A DNA stretch of 64,000 bases, from the IMG/VR virus record IMGVR_UViG_3300029906_000007; one strand, written 5' to 3'. This DNA is from an uncultured virus (IMG/VR IMGVR_UViG_3300029906_000007). Lineage: Duplodnaviria > Heunggongvirae > Uroviricota > Caudoviricetes > Crassvirales. The translations under genes and the position numbers were made by a program. The notes under the pieces were generated by a model. That model made no database searches and was not told the origin of the DNA. It saw only the letters and a list, made by a program, of their open reading frames with translations. Positions 31,101 to 43,600 of the stretch are shown piece after piece. Each line of letters begins with the position of its first letter. The stretch's first letter is position 1.

Positions 31101-31524
31101 TACAGATAAAACTGTTCCTAATACGAAGATTAATGTTAGCACCCCTGTAGGAGAAGAACTAGCGAATACTGAGCTTAAAACTCCTGTTACTGATTCAAAT
31201 CCTGAACCTACTGATATTACTAATTCAGAACCTAAAACTGATAATATTGAAACTAAAGAAGAACCTAATCCTAAACCTACAACTGTAGAATTTGTTGATA
31301 ATGATTTTACATTTGAAAATTATGATGAAAGTTCTGATTTTGATAATAATGATGATATAACACTTGATACAAATATTAATTTTTATAATGTTGATGCTAA
31401 TGTTAATCCTGATGGTATTAATCGAATAGGCAACCTTTCCAATCTCCAGCAGGCAATAAATCCCGAACAACAAGCCGAATTTGCCTTGTCTTTTGAACGT
31501 GGCGAAGTTTGGATGGTTTGCTAA
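25102..31524 (+). CDS. Large cargo protein with C-terminal zincin-like motif
   Basis: 2140 aa. N-terminal hydrophobic/EGVEE segments, plus IIHERVH (30592-30606) with a downstream EEF, consistent with a zincin fold. Confidence 0.6.
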   Translation: MPKLNDLLITGNKAPAVNAAGASKYNPFAKLAEDYGMMNKTSDFLMSETGVNNSPFKGDWESYSEYNVPINPIDTEEELNRQRANNQSFGEQLFNSLAQTVGDQIVLGTLEGFVNIADAIAGNPGGDYQNTASAAIAKWREDFRDQFAIYEKDPNKSFAFGDWGWWFNNLPSVASSISLMIPSGMIAKGIGLLGKAITATKYANKIRNAVLATKLGNSVNFIKGVKAGKEAIGILGQAAISRVGENYMESRDTYNNVIVNAENAFDNMTDAQFNEFIKNNPEFEGKDKKEIARILAGESADEVFKKDMGLMLFDAMQLKALKYLWRGNSQSSPLNAALREHQRKAISAITGKSYEPLKGYNKFIDFIKNRNYKIIATEASEGVEEMWQYVAQTKAIDDVKNKLDPSQKVRSHLDYLKDAEAWEAGFWGWLGGIAFQGLGDAVTYGYNKYQDNKEKKNNPNAGEFNMKRAQGVLDSYRAAEIDSRVAAFNTFNERMKLTNEGKDVNRPITNIDGELVRDENGDIMYEDLPEGGVEYAKESIRNEFLTNLTINAKNAGNYDSLVEFVKATELGQDADFTNKALADMEYISTMYDVELNNVMQNTTSPQIAKQIAVDNVTHRLTAERANREANEYTNTYNQTLSSIRETNNELANSTDLLARSVENAYIEEEINATEENINKLEESYKNGEINRTQYLETLRHYNTIKDALTKYRDKLTFTDSPRIAGTSEELFTQLLNINEQLALAKRSEVNAKELAAISRESVLVTKDKIKEKVNHVNAINEAFRKNEFENALKDIKDIIESESIDNKDVIEYLNGRPNNLSDAVKQKLETAIEKYDLFSYDNSRVNDFITATLRKESQTPSTTTNGINTDGVGIPTPPHPDSQLEEDPLEGGYNTGTDITTSSSSPTGEQQGTTPVKEVDEIDGNAVVVSKPDESDLDLTEDERNYFRSEAEAGRSELDQENELAKERNKLIAANNIDYYKNPNFNYAAEKEKVRKELEKVSPSPILTNHVMNEYQSALIDYIFRDMTFEEAIQLPFIRDIYTGLDSAINFYANRLVNAIDNNIDTFIEAIINQYIKTHNIVGSDQKRYVNIDSIMRDIISSGITDYNKLKNIYNKLINYFTTNPKSKFKLVGGIPEPISDAKITSLIKDVNNALESNLNADSFITTPTNDKRVKIYSNKSLKPNQPLYLRIGYSGNSRSKGINGIEIYERDDKGRYVKIGFNSKGTRTSDGDGYIFNSRSFPYAIYKKNGTYESIFDELFNELFGYTITENGIINNPKKPEQIEFYNAILDLVTLRKLNPDTNVNLNYINTNRFTKEEIDKDIAIIMNNDIVKRIFGENNPVNVESLINIIAPIINYNNISDNNFVRYNSYKNFLARQYFNLAFVDEVIDRINRESTNDNDAYVEVQVASSSFGEAIESDTPSYIDQAVVNYSNTVSGSKEIGNTELCCNYQKGKIKFANGTEYNLEGFQSEGSGVMVAISNGSNQPTYRPIFGDTLDFSNKNGLAYNIKEEVVNLLVSYQNGNISFDDLSNKLHDIIKYDSLVQGFVISKSGDRIIISNYKNVGNKLADITIYKRDKNGNDNTGISFFELGDKPENDTVTSSSKFPRKTLDEKISKILSNGKFNISRNYYLEGTDIKTNYVSHDANGEFKITINGKTFSGKNYLDFIVKNKLGKIYLGKANINGINTNFMPTTSTGNQAANRNVQVMFTPKAGDNATTVITAKVNSLFNRAEEEYKKQNRLTVKASSIIEQFAPHFSNIVNLKFGNNKLIKQDTEFELVLAKEDNEGINADASYDIKNNKFIIYRRAFETLVNNPNNIGERELVRMIIHERVHQLIRTNNTAIDINAIQNDTLVIAKLLYDKINNNTTELENYATNNNIDIIKLKRRINIILNTYLNDNHIAFKENKDNDNIETNRACEEFIVEMLTRPELINLANNLTSDLEFNNNDKPKSIWQKFIELIGKIFFGKKYDVKDNSILNAQIRVLSNQLIINSNNSEITDKTVPNTKINVSTPVGEELANTELKTPVTDSNPEPTDITNSEPKTDNIETKEEPNPKPTTVEFVDNDFTFENYDESSDFDNNDDITLDTNINFYNVDANVNPDGINRIGNLSNLQQAINPEQQAEFALSFERGEVWMVC

Positions 31525-31590
31525 TATAATTAATAAGCTAATATAACAAAGTGGCTCTATCGGGCTGGAAATGGCTCGATGGAGCTTATA
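31471..31590 (-). repeat. ~110-bp phased element, copy A
   Basis: Minus strand gagcc-N6-agcc-N5-gagccactt-N53-caaaagacaaggcaaatt. Confidence 0.7.
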
Positions 31591-31615
31591 TAATATAAAC
31601 TAAACAGTTAAATAT

Positions 31616-34600
31616 ATGGCTGATTGTGGTTATAAATTTATAAACAATGATAAGATAAATAAAGTTATTGTATCTATGGCTAATAATAATATTAGTTATG
31701 GATTTTCTTTAGCTACTATTTATAAAAGTGATAATTTTAGAACTTATGTTTCTAAAGATCAAGTCGCTAATAAATATAAATTTGAAGATATTCCTACTAA
31801 TACTTTAAAACGTCTATTAAAGGAATATTATAATAAGCATAATCTTGATCCTGCTAGAATGACTACTATTACTAATGATAGACGAATAGGAGGATTTAAG
31901 AATACAGCTACTTATAATGCTGCTAGAAATTATTTTGCTGATATTGTAAATGAACTTAATTTTACATGGCAAGTTAATAACGATCCTAGAGTTAATAAAC
32001 CTATTGAATTAAAGAAAAGATTTAAAGGTTATGTTGCTCAAGAAATTATTAAACGTTTTGAACCTTATGCTGATAAATTAAATGAAGCTCAACAAGAAGA
32101 ATATAGTAGACTTTTAACTGAGTATAAAGAAAATCCTAAAAATATTGTTAAACTTGCTGATTTTATTGCAGAATATTTTACTACTGAATATGATACTCAA
32201 GTAAATACTACTACTGATATTGATCCTAATCTTGAATATAATTCTAATTTTGCTGATTTATATAAAGCTAGTAAAACTAATGAATTTTATGAATTTTGCA
32301 AACATCATTCTAAAGTTTCTGAAATATTTAAAGATAAAGATGAAGTTGCTCCAGAAGATATGGTTGATGAATCTGAATTATTATCTGATGATGATATTAG
32401 CGTAGGAACAAGTAATGATGAAATAGATACTAATGCTCAATGGAATTGGGGAGATGTTATTAAAAGTGCTGATGATCTTGTAAGTAATTATATTAGACAA
32501 AGATTTAATAGTCTTGTTAGATTAACTGCTCCTGATAGATTAGCTGTTGATAAAGATAATCCTTTAGGCGTTGCTTCAAGAATGTCATATCAAGAAGTTA
32601 GTACTGAATTGTTTAATATTATTGCTAATACCGATGCTAAATTTAGTCTTGATAATTTTATAAAACAAGTTTATAATACAGCTAATAATAAAAAACAATT
32701 TAGTTCTTTTATTATTCTTCATGACGAAATGATTAATAATAAAGATTTTGCTCGTAAACTTTATACTGATTTTTGTAAAAATATAGAAAATTATGCTGAA
32801 TTATATATTGATGCTAAAGGTAATATGACTTTTAGACAAAGTAATTATAATAATAATTCTATTCGTAAAGCTTTTTATGATATAATTGATAATGTTAAAG
32901 TATCTGCTTCAACTGCTAATATTTTTAATTTAGATAATGATTTTGCTAAATTAGCTGTTAGAATTAAAGGTGATAAGAATACAACTGGTCTTTCTCAATT
33001 ATTAATTAGTAGTGATGCAGATATTGTTAATTTATTTAATAATACTTTGCTTAGTATTACTTCTGATCTTCAAGAATTATATAAATTTTATATGCCAGAT
33101 TTTGATAATACTAGTATTAAAAAATATATAGATTCTAAAAGTAGTAATAGAGATAAAGTTAATGCTATAAATAATTTATATTCTATGATTGCAGAATTGC
33201 ATAAACAAGCTAAAGTTGCTTATGCTAAATATATGACTCAACTTGAAGGAAATATTAATGCTTATAAAATATATAAAGAAAAACTTAGAAATTATTTTGA
33301 AAGGCTTGGTAATGTTCCTGATAATACTCCTCCTGTATATGAAAGAGAAGAACAAGAAGAATATACTATGTTTAATGATATGCTTCGTGCTGTCGATAAT
33401 ATTAGTCAAACATTAAGTAAATATGCAAATATTCCTATTGAATTAAATACAAGAAGTGTTGATGGAAAAAATGTAAGTGCAGTTACTTATAATAATTATT
33501 TATATAATACAGTTAATGCTATTAATAATCCTAGTACTAGACTTAATTATGGTAAATCTAAATTTAGATCAGATCAATATAAATTTAGTAATATTCTTGT
33601 AGATCATGGATTTAATCGTGGTTTATTTAAATACAATAACGGTACTATAACTCCTACTAATATTGGAGATGTAATTAGTGTATTTAGAATGGCTGGTATT
33701 AGTAATTTATCTACTGGTGCTAATGCTAAATATAATACTATGTCTGATACAGACTTCATGTATTATGGATTTTATGGTTTTATGCACGGTATTGATAATT
33801 ATAGAAAATATAATGAAGGTTCTGCTATAAATGCTGATATTCCTACTAGACCATTTCTTTTACCTGTTCCTTCTGATTCTCCTAGAATGTATATGTTAGA
33901 TATGCCTGTATATGATGCTAAATCTTTATATGGAGTTCAAGAAGCTAGTATGAATAATTATGTTGAAGGGTTATTAAGTCAATTTACTTCTTATATAGAT
34001 GATTCTACTTATAACGCATTAAGTTCTAAATTAGAAAATATTAGTATTGCCGCTACACGAACTACTGATGCTAAACAATTTGCTGAAACTGTTATTAGTT
34101 TAATTAAAGAAGGTAAAATAAATACTAAAGTTAAAAATGCTATTTCTACTTCTACAGCAAATCGTATTGCTATGAAATTTGTTCCAGCTAATAATGGTAC
34201 AAAAGGAAGTACTATTTATATTCCTATTATGTGTAGAGATAATGCTAGTAAACCTGTATATGCTTTATTAAAAGGAGAACTTACTGGAAGAGGTCCAATT
34301 AATGATGTTAATACTGAAATAACTGTATCAAATCTTGAATTTGCTGGATTATATACTAAAGGACTTGAAACTAATTATATAGTTCCAGATAATATTAAAG
34401 CTGCATTTTCTAGTATTGCTTCTAAATCATATATTAATGATAGAATGAATAACGCTATTGTTGATAGAAATAGTAATATATTTAAACAGCTTAAAAATCT
34501 TATTTATGGTGAAATTCAAGTAGCTCTTAAATATAGATATGGAATGTTTGGACATAATTCTGATAAACTTCTTGTTGATGTTAATCAGTTACCATTGGAT

Positions 34601-37600
34601 ATGGTACTTAAAAAAGGAGAATATATTAAAGATGGAAAACTAATTGGTAATGCTTTTAAATTTAGTAAATTGTTTGATATTCTTCGTAATGATGGAACTA
34701 TATTTAGTATTAGTGATAGGTTAGAAGCTGCACTCAAGATCTCCTCTACGGGGAAACTTCGTGATGTTCCTTTTAGTTATACTGTTGATGAAAATAATAA
34801 TATTACTTATAAACTTACTTCTGAACAAGAATCTATAATTGATGAGTGTATTGAAAATTGGATTAAAGAATATGATGCTAATTGTGTTAGTGAATTTTAT
34901 GATCAAATATCTGAAGTTGATAATACTATTAATAGATCTGATGTATTTAATTATTATATGAATTATTTTTTATTTCTTAATAATTGTGATGATTTATTTG
35001 TAGGTAATTCTAAATTTTATAAAGATACTCAAACTGGAACTAAACGTGCAAAAGAATATTTAGCTGGAGGTATAAGATATAGCGAAGGCAGATTTATATC
35101 CAATGATGAAACAGGTAATCCTTATGATGCTAATATTGCAGATGTTGAACCTATTCAATATAAGGGAAGTGATTTACAAATACAAACTTCTAAAGGATTT
35201 AAACCTTTAACTGTTAGAAGTGCATTTAAAGCTGTAACTATACATAATATTGTACGTCCTATTAAAAACGTAAAAGAAATTCGTGATGCTTTATATAATT
35301 CATTTAAATCTAAAGATGATAGTGATACAGAAACTAATGCTAAAGCTATGCAAAAAGCTAATAAATTAGCTAAAGCTTTTGGTTATGCTGAAGAAGGTGA
35401 AAAAGCTGAAACTACAAAAACTGATGATGCTCAATCTTATATTACTATTTATGAAGCTATTAGACGTATTAAACAACTTGGAGAATATCCTAAATATGAA
35501 AAACTTATTCATGATTTATTAGATCCTACTATACCTATTAATGCTATTGATCCAAAAACTCTTAATAGTTTTATGCAAGTTGCTAAGAACTTTTATTATG
35601 ATATGACTTATGATACAACATTTAATATTGAACAACCTCGTCAAATTAAAAATGCTGAATTTATTATTATTCCTAAACTTGTTGAAGGTACACAACTTGC
35701 TGAAGTTCATCAATGGATGGTTGATAATAATATTGATCAACTTAATACATTAGAAACATCTAAAGCCGCTAATAATAATGTTATAACATTATGGAATAAT
35801 GAAGGTGAACTTAGAGATCTTGATGATCCTAAACTTGCTGAAGAATTATTAGTTCCTGGAGTTGTAGGTAATTTTAATTATGCTAATTTATATAGACAAC
35901 AAGAAGTTCCTCAACATATTACTGATAGTAAAAATAAAGCTGGTGTTCAGATTATGAAGAAAATTATTGATAATCTTCAATCTCATTTAGCTACTGATAA
36001 AAATAATTTTATTGAGAATTTTATTAATAATATTAGAGAAGATTTTAATAATCTTTGCGATGATTTAAATATTGTATTTGATGAAGATTATAATGTTAAA
36101 AGTAAAAATGGTGGGGAAATTGATTTTGCTGAATTTAATAGACTTGCTCTTAAAGAAATGCAAAGACTTGGACTTGATGGAAATATTATGGATTATTTTA
36201 CAGCAAAAGTCCAAAATAGTGCTGATGGTATAGGTAGTTTTGATACTATTATGCCAGAGATTATGAATATTGTAGGTAATAAAATAGAAAATATTGCTCA
36301 AAGTGTTATTACTAATCATATAACTAGACAAAAACTTCCAGGTTTTCATGCTACTCAAATAACTCATTCAGGTCTTCGTGATGGTAATAAAATTAAAAAG
36401 TCTGAAATTCTTGGTATTAATAATACTGAGAATATGACTGAAGCTCAAAAGATTAAATTTAGACAACTTGTTGAAGGTCTTCGTTATCATCCTAATGGAG
36501 AACCTATTATTGAAATTATGATTCCAAGATGGACTGCAGAATTATATGGAATAACTGAAGATTCTATTATTACAAGTGATTTTGCAGAAATGATTGGTTA
36601 TCGTATGCCGACTGAAGCTAAACAATCTATTGGAGTTCTTAGAGTAGTTGGTATATTACCAGAAGCTTATGGTAGTACTATAGCTGTTCCTGATGCTTGG
36701 GTTACTCAAACTGGTTCTGATTTTGATGTCGATTCTATTTATGGTATTACTTTTCATGTATATAAAGATAAATATGGAAATATACATAAAGTTCCTTATA
36801 TTACTGGTACTGATGAAGATTCTACATGGCAAAGATATAATAGATATGTAAATCAGAACATTAATAGACTTATAAGAAAAGCTAATGATACTTCTTTAAC
36901 TTCTGAAGAAAAAGAAGCTATTATTGCAAAAATTCGTGCTGCTAGATCTGAAGAAACTAGAAAACTTTATTTAGTTTATAAAGAAATGGCTTCTGATTTG
37001 TTTACTAAAGAAAATGAATTATATAATATTATTGCTAATGGAGATAATTTTGCTAAATATTGTGGAATAACTGATACTAATTCTCCTGAATATAATAAAT
37101 ATGTTGGTATTTCAAAACTTATTAAAGATACTATTTATAAATATTTATCTAATAAAAATGTTAATTATACTGATAGATTAGCTACATTAATTAATTATAT
37201 GAAGCATATTAAAGGTAGTCCTAGAGCTATGCAATTATTTAAAGAATATGCTGATATTAATAATAAAATTAAAGATATATTTACTGAACTTAATACTGAA
37301 TCTGCTAAAATTGAAATTGATGGCAAATCAATATTCCAAATGGAAGGTGCAGATAAATTTAAAAAAGCTATTAGAAATAGGGCTAAAGATGCCGGTTTAA
37401 TGACATTTGAAGAATTTAGTAAACAAACTGTTAGTCAACAAAATACACGAGAAGCTAGAGATAATATGATTCTTCAATCTATGATTAATATTCTTAAAGA
37501 TCCTAGTAATCTTGAAGAACAATTACTTCGTAGCCATTTTGAAGATTTAAGTAGAGCTAAAGAAGATATTGATGAATTACAAGGTTTTACAAAAGTTCCT

Positions 37601-40600
37601 CGTAGTCCATATAATCCTTTAGATCAAATATTTTTTAGACGTAATGCTATGGGAGGTGCTGTATTAAAAGCATTAAGTGTTAATCGTGATACAGGTAATA
37701 GTATTAATAATGTTTCAAGAACAGAATTAGATGAACCTATATTAATAAAATATATTGATAAATCTGTTAATAATAAATTTGGTATTGATTATTCAGTTTT
37801 AAATAAAAATTATGATGTAAATGAAGATGGATATGTTATTCATAAAGGTCTTGGTCATAGTAAAAATAATAGAAATATTGTTGATGAACTTATAACATCT
37901 TATGCAGCACAAACGTCTACACATAGTTTTGATGCTGTTAAAGAAGGTGCAGTATTTAATGAAAACCCTTATACATTTAGTGCTTATAGAACTCTTCTTG
38001 ATTTAGGAGTAGATCACCATAATGCTCAACTTTGGCTTAGACAACCAGCTATTGTAGAACTTACTAATGCTTATTTTAAAACTCGTTCTGCTATTAATAA
38101 ACTTGGTCATGTAAATATTATTAATCTTGCTATAAGAAATATTGCTAAACATATAACTATTGATGGAAAGAAACTTGGAAATAATTTTACTGAAGTTAAT
38201 GACTATACACCTATAGATATTATTTATAATAATATTAAAAAACTTACTGGATTTGATTTTAATATATATGAAAATGAATCTGTTAAACTTGATATGGCTA
38301 ATGTGCTTGATTTGTATAGTCACCCTGTAGAGGATGGAACAGACAATAATATTCTTCTTGAACATATTAAACAAGTTATTATATTTAATAAACTTAATAA
38401 TCTTGGTAAACTTATTGAAAATCATACTAAAATATTTGCTGCTGATAAATATGGTGCTAAAGATAATATGTTTAATGCACGTAAAGTTTTTTATGATATT
38501 TATGATTTAATTAATAACGGTAAATATAATAGACTTGTAGCACCAGTTAAGAATAATAAAGTTCCATTAGTTGAAGCTGTATATCCGGGTATAACTAATA
38601 TTGCATTTACAACTGAAGATGATGTACAAACTACAAAATCTATTGATGATATTCAAAATGCTATTAAAGATTTTCTTAAATATAATAGAGAACATGAAAG
38701 TGTATATCCGATATTAAATGCTTTCTTTACTTATGGTACATCTAGTGGATATTTAATTACTAGTCAAAGATTTATTAGCGAGAGTCCAGAATTTATTCAT
38801 GCTGTTAAATATCTTGAAGGTTATCTTAATGCTCCTCTTGATGAAAAAACATATAATAGATTTAAAAAGTATTTTCTTAATTTTCTATACTTTTTATCTG
38901 CCCCTACATTACATAAAGATGTTATTGTTAATAAAGATGGTACAATAAGTATTACTGAAAATAATGATAGTAAAAGTAGAATTTATGGATATAAATATGA
39001 TGATAATGTTGATTTTAAATATAATAATATTAATGATTTAACTGAAGAAGAATATCAAGTTTTTCATAAACTTAGTCCTGCTCAAAAAATATTTATAGTT
39101 AAACAACATATTAATAGCGATAAACTTAATATTTTTAATTATTTAAAAGCTAATCTTTATCATAAGGGTGATGTTAGAAAACGTGGTATTAGTGGACAAT
39201 ATATTACATTTGAAGATCAAAATCAAAATATTGATGTTATTCATGAATTATTTGAAGAAGCTTTTAATACAAATAGTCGTGTTCTTAAAGATACGATGAT
39301 TGATCTTATTAAATATGCTTTTGTTGTTGAAGGATACAATTATGGTCGTAATAAAGTTAGTAAAACTATTAAAAATAATGCATTGTATGAATCTATTGCT
39401 AATGGTGGATTAAATATTATTGAAAATATTCGAGAAGGTATTAGATCTATGGATTATAAATTTCTTGAAGAATTTAATATTTATGAAGATTTTATTAGAG
39501 CTAATTCTGATATTCGACAAGTATTATCACATAATATTAAATATGATAGTAAAAAACGTGAAATAGATTATTTTGATTCAGAAACTAAACTTTATTATTT
39601 TAATATTAATGATACTAATGATAGGGCTAAAGCAAAATCTATTGGTGTTTTACGTGAAACAAAAGATAATGATATTCTTGTTAGTTATATTAATTTAACT
39701 GATAAAAATAAAGAAACTATATTGTTTAAAGTAGTTGATTATGAAAATAGTGGTAATGTATTTTTATTTCCTCTTAACCCATTAGATTCTAATGAATATG
39801 GTGTTAGTACTAATTTATTTAATCATAAATATATTGATAATTATTCTTATTTAAAACTTATTTCAAAAATTGTTACTAATAATTATTCTATTAATAATGA
39901 AATTAAACAAGAATTTAAAGATGAACTTAAAGATATAAGAAGTAATCGTAGTAAAGAAATAAAAATTAATAAAAATGTTCCTAAAAATGATGATTTTCTA
40001 GAAAATGTTGCTATAAGTAATGAACCCGGATCTGAAGGTGTAAGAACGTTTTTACGTACTCTTAAAAATAAATTTTCAAATAGTTCTGTTAATGCTATTA
40101 ATGTTTGGGCTATAAATGATATTTTAAAAAATGCTTTTAAAGATCCTTATGCAGTTTCTGAACAAGTTATTAATCTTGATGATGGAAATACAGTTAGATT
40201 AGGTATTAAACGTATTCAATCTAATACTAATAAGTTTAAAAAATTATATAAAGATGAATCTGTTGGTGATGTTGCTGAAAAACTTAAAAGAAATGATATT
40301 ACATTTAGTGATGATATTTATAGAGTTACAAGAATTAAAGAAAATGATGATAATGATGTAACGCTTGAAAGTTCTATTAATTTTGATGTTGAAATTGAAG
40401 AACAAACTGAATTAGGACGTATAAATAAAGCTATTTATAATGATTTACTTCGTAGAAGAAATAGACTTAATGATGAAGACGCTTCTCGTACTATACGAGC
40501 ATATGGAAGTTTAGGTCTTGATTTTACTAATAATAATAGTATAGAAAGTAATAGAAATTTAATTATAAAACTTAATTCAAAATATTATATTAATAAATCT

Positions 40601-43600
40601 GAAGAACTTCTTAAAAAGATAAATGAATTTAGTCGTGATAAAGATGGTGTTCCTATTCCAATAAATCATATTGATGTTATAAATGAAATATCTAAAGAAG
40701 ATAATGAAGAATATAGACAAACATTTTTAAGTTTAATTCTTGAATGTCTTACATTTGGTGATAATTTTAGAGAATTATTTAATCTTTCTACTGATAATCT
40801 TCCTTCTGATGTATCTAAAGCTATAGAAGATATGATCAGTGCTATTACTAAAATTAAAAATAATTCTAATATTAAAGATGCTGTAAGAGGATATTATAAT
40901 AATTATATTTCTAAATTTAGTAATAATCCTGATATTAAAGACGGATTTATAACATTATATGATGCTATTGTTACTGATGAAACTAAAATGGCATATTTGT
41001 TTGGTGATAGTATGGAAATTAATGATGCTGTTACTCAAGTAGTTTTAAAAATGATTCATACTAATATAAATTATGCTGATAAAGTTGGTATTGAAGATGC
41101 AAGAAAATTTAATTCTTTTATTGAAGAAATAGAAAAGAAAGCTGCTCAAGCTGGAAAGCCTGTTAATTGGAATAATATTGTTGATAAACTTGCAGGAGTT
41201 ATATTATCAAATTATAATGAATCTTTTAATAATGATAAATCACCTATTGATACTGAATATACAGATACTAAAAATGCTTTTGGTAATTATCATCCTATAC
41301 ATCTTAAAGCAAAACGTAATAGAGATATTTGGTATGCTAAAAATATAGAACAAGAATTTGTTCAATCTTATTATGATGAAAGAAATAATGCTTTAAATGA
41401 AATATTTAGTAATGATGATAATATTAAATTATATGGAGATTATTTAAGACTTAATGATAATATTAAACAACTTGTTAATATTAAGGATAAATCTGATGAG
41501 CAATATAATGAATTATTTGCTCTTATGAATCAACGTAGAACTTTACTTGAAAATGAAGTTCTTAATAAAGCTATTGAATCATTAAATAATATTCAAGAAA
41601 AATATTTTGTTAGAACAGCTAAAGAAAAGTTTTTTGAAACTAGGGATAAAATGCTTAAAATTATTGAAGATGTTACTTATCCTAATGGAACTGATAATGA
41701 AAAAATCCCTTTAGAAGAACGTATTAAGAATGAAAAATATAGAGAAGCTGTTGAATGGTTAGCTGAAAATACTATTAGAAGATATGATAATGAATTTTAT
41801 AGTAAAATGGCTGATGCTTTTGCTACATTATCTAATTCAGATAGTGTTAAAAAAACAGCTATGAAACGTATAATTGATGCTAATCCTAAAATTAATTATA
41901 GAGATGCTTTTGGAGTTATTGATGGTACTAAATTTACAAATAAACAAGTAGCTGAAATTAAAAAAGAACATGAATCTAGATTTAATAAATTTTCTTCTGA
42001 AGTAAGACTTATTCGTAATAAGCCTGATAATAATGAAATTTATACAGAAGAATTTTATAAATCTATGCATGTTGATGCTCAAAATGATCCTGTTATTAAT
42101 AAATTAATAAATGATATTAATAATATTCTTATTCATGCTTTAGATAATTCAGGAAAAGTATATCTTTCTAGACTTAATACTGATCAACTTAAAGAACTTG
42201 TAAGTTTATATACTAGTTTATATAAACAAAGACGAGGTAAAGGTAAAAATATGTCTCCAGAAGCACAAGCTGCTAGAGATTTTATTAATGAAAATGTTGA
42301 TTATGTATATGATGATAATGCTATTGAAAGAGATAGACAATTAGCTAAAGAAGCATACGATGATCCAGATAATATAAATGCTGATAAAGAATGGTATGAA
42401 GCATTTAATAAATTATCTAATATGCATAGAGTATTTAATGGTATTAGTTTTGCTGAAGATAGTAAAAATGATTATATTTATTCTTATGCTGTACCTAAAA
42501 ATCATGTAAAAGATAAATTCCTTGATAAAGATAAAATGGCTGCTAAAGTTTGGATTAATAATAATGTTAAAAGTAGCACTACTGAATATTATGATATGGC
42601 AGCTAATAAAGCTAAAGCTGAAGGTAGATATGATGAATGGTTTGAAGAAAATCATGTATATAATCCTATGAGTCATAAATATGAACCAATTCAAATATGG
42701 ACTAATATTGAAGCTACTGAAGATAGTGATTATAAAGCTGAACATAAACCTAATTATTTAAATGCTTATACTGAACCTAAGCCTGGTACTAAAAATGATA
42801 AATATAAAACTTATGGTGCTAATTATAATTTTGAAACTGGAGATAAAAAGTATTTTAGAAAAGATGATGCTACTGAATATGAAAAAGAAATTAGAAATTA
42901 TATTATTGATAAAATGAAACAATTTGCCACAAATGAAAGTGGTATGTCTCATGTTAATAAACTTCTATTTCCATTTAGAAAGAAAATAGAAAATAATCCT
43001 GCTAATTTTATTAAAGGTGTTCTTAATTTTGTTGGTGCTACTGCAAATCTTGATAATAATAGAGGTATAAGTGATGATTTTTCTTATGTATATGGTTCAG
43101 ATGTTCGTAATCTATCTATGCAAGATATTTATACTTCAGGACTTGAAAGATTACCTGAAGCTCCTTCTAGACTAGTTGGAGAAACTGATGAACAATATTA
43201 TGATAGAATTAAAGAATTTCGTAAAGCTTCTGAAGAAATTATAAAACGTAATAATGAACTTATCGCTAAAGTTAGAGATGATGATTATAAAGGAATGTTT
43301 CATGATTATATTGTTAATGCTCATGTAACTACTGCTAAAAATAGAATGATTAATGATGCTTATTTATTACTTGAATTTTATAGACAATTAAAACCTGCTT
43401 ATCAAACTACTATTACAGGAGATCTTAAAGTTGATAGAAGATTAAGTACTACTAATGCTACACAATATAAACGAGAACGTGCTGTTAATACTACTAAACA
43501 TCTTGAAGTATTATTTAAAAGAATGTTTTTACATCAATATAAACCTCGTACTAAATTTGATACTGTAATAAATGTTATGCAAAATCTTACTTCTGCTAAA

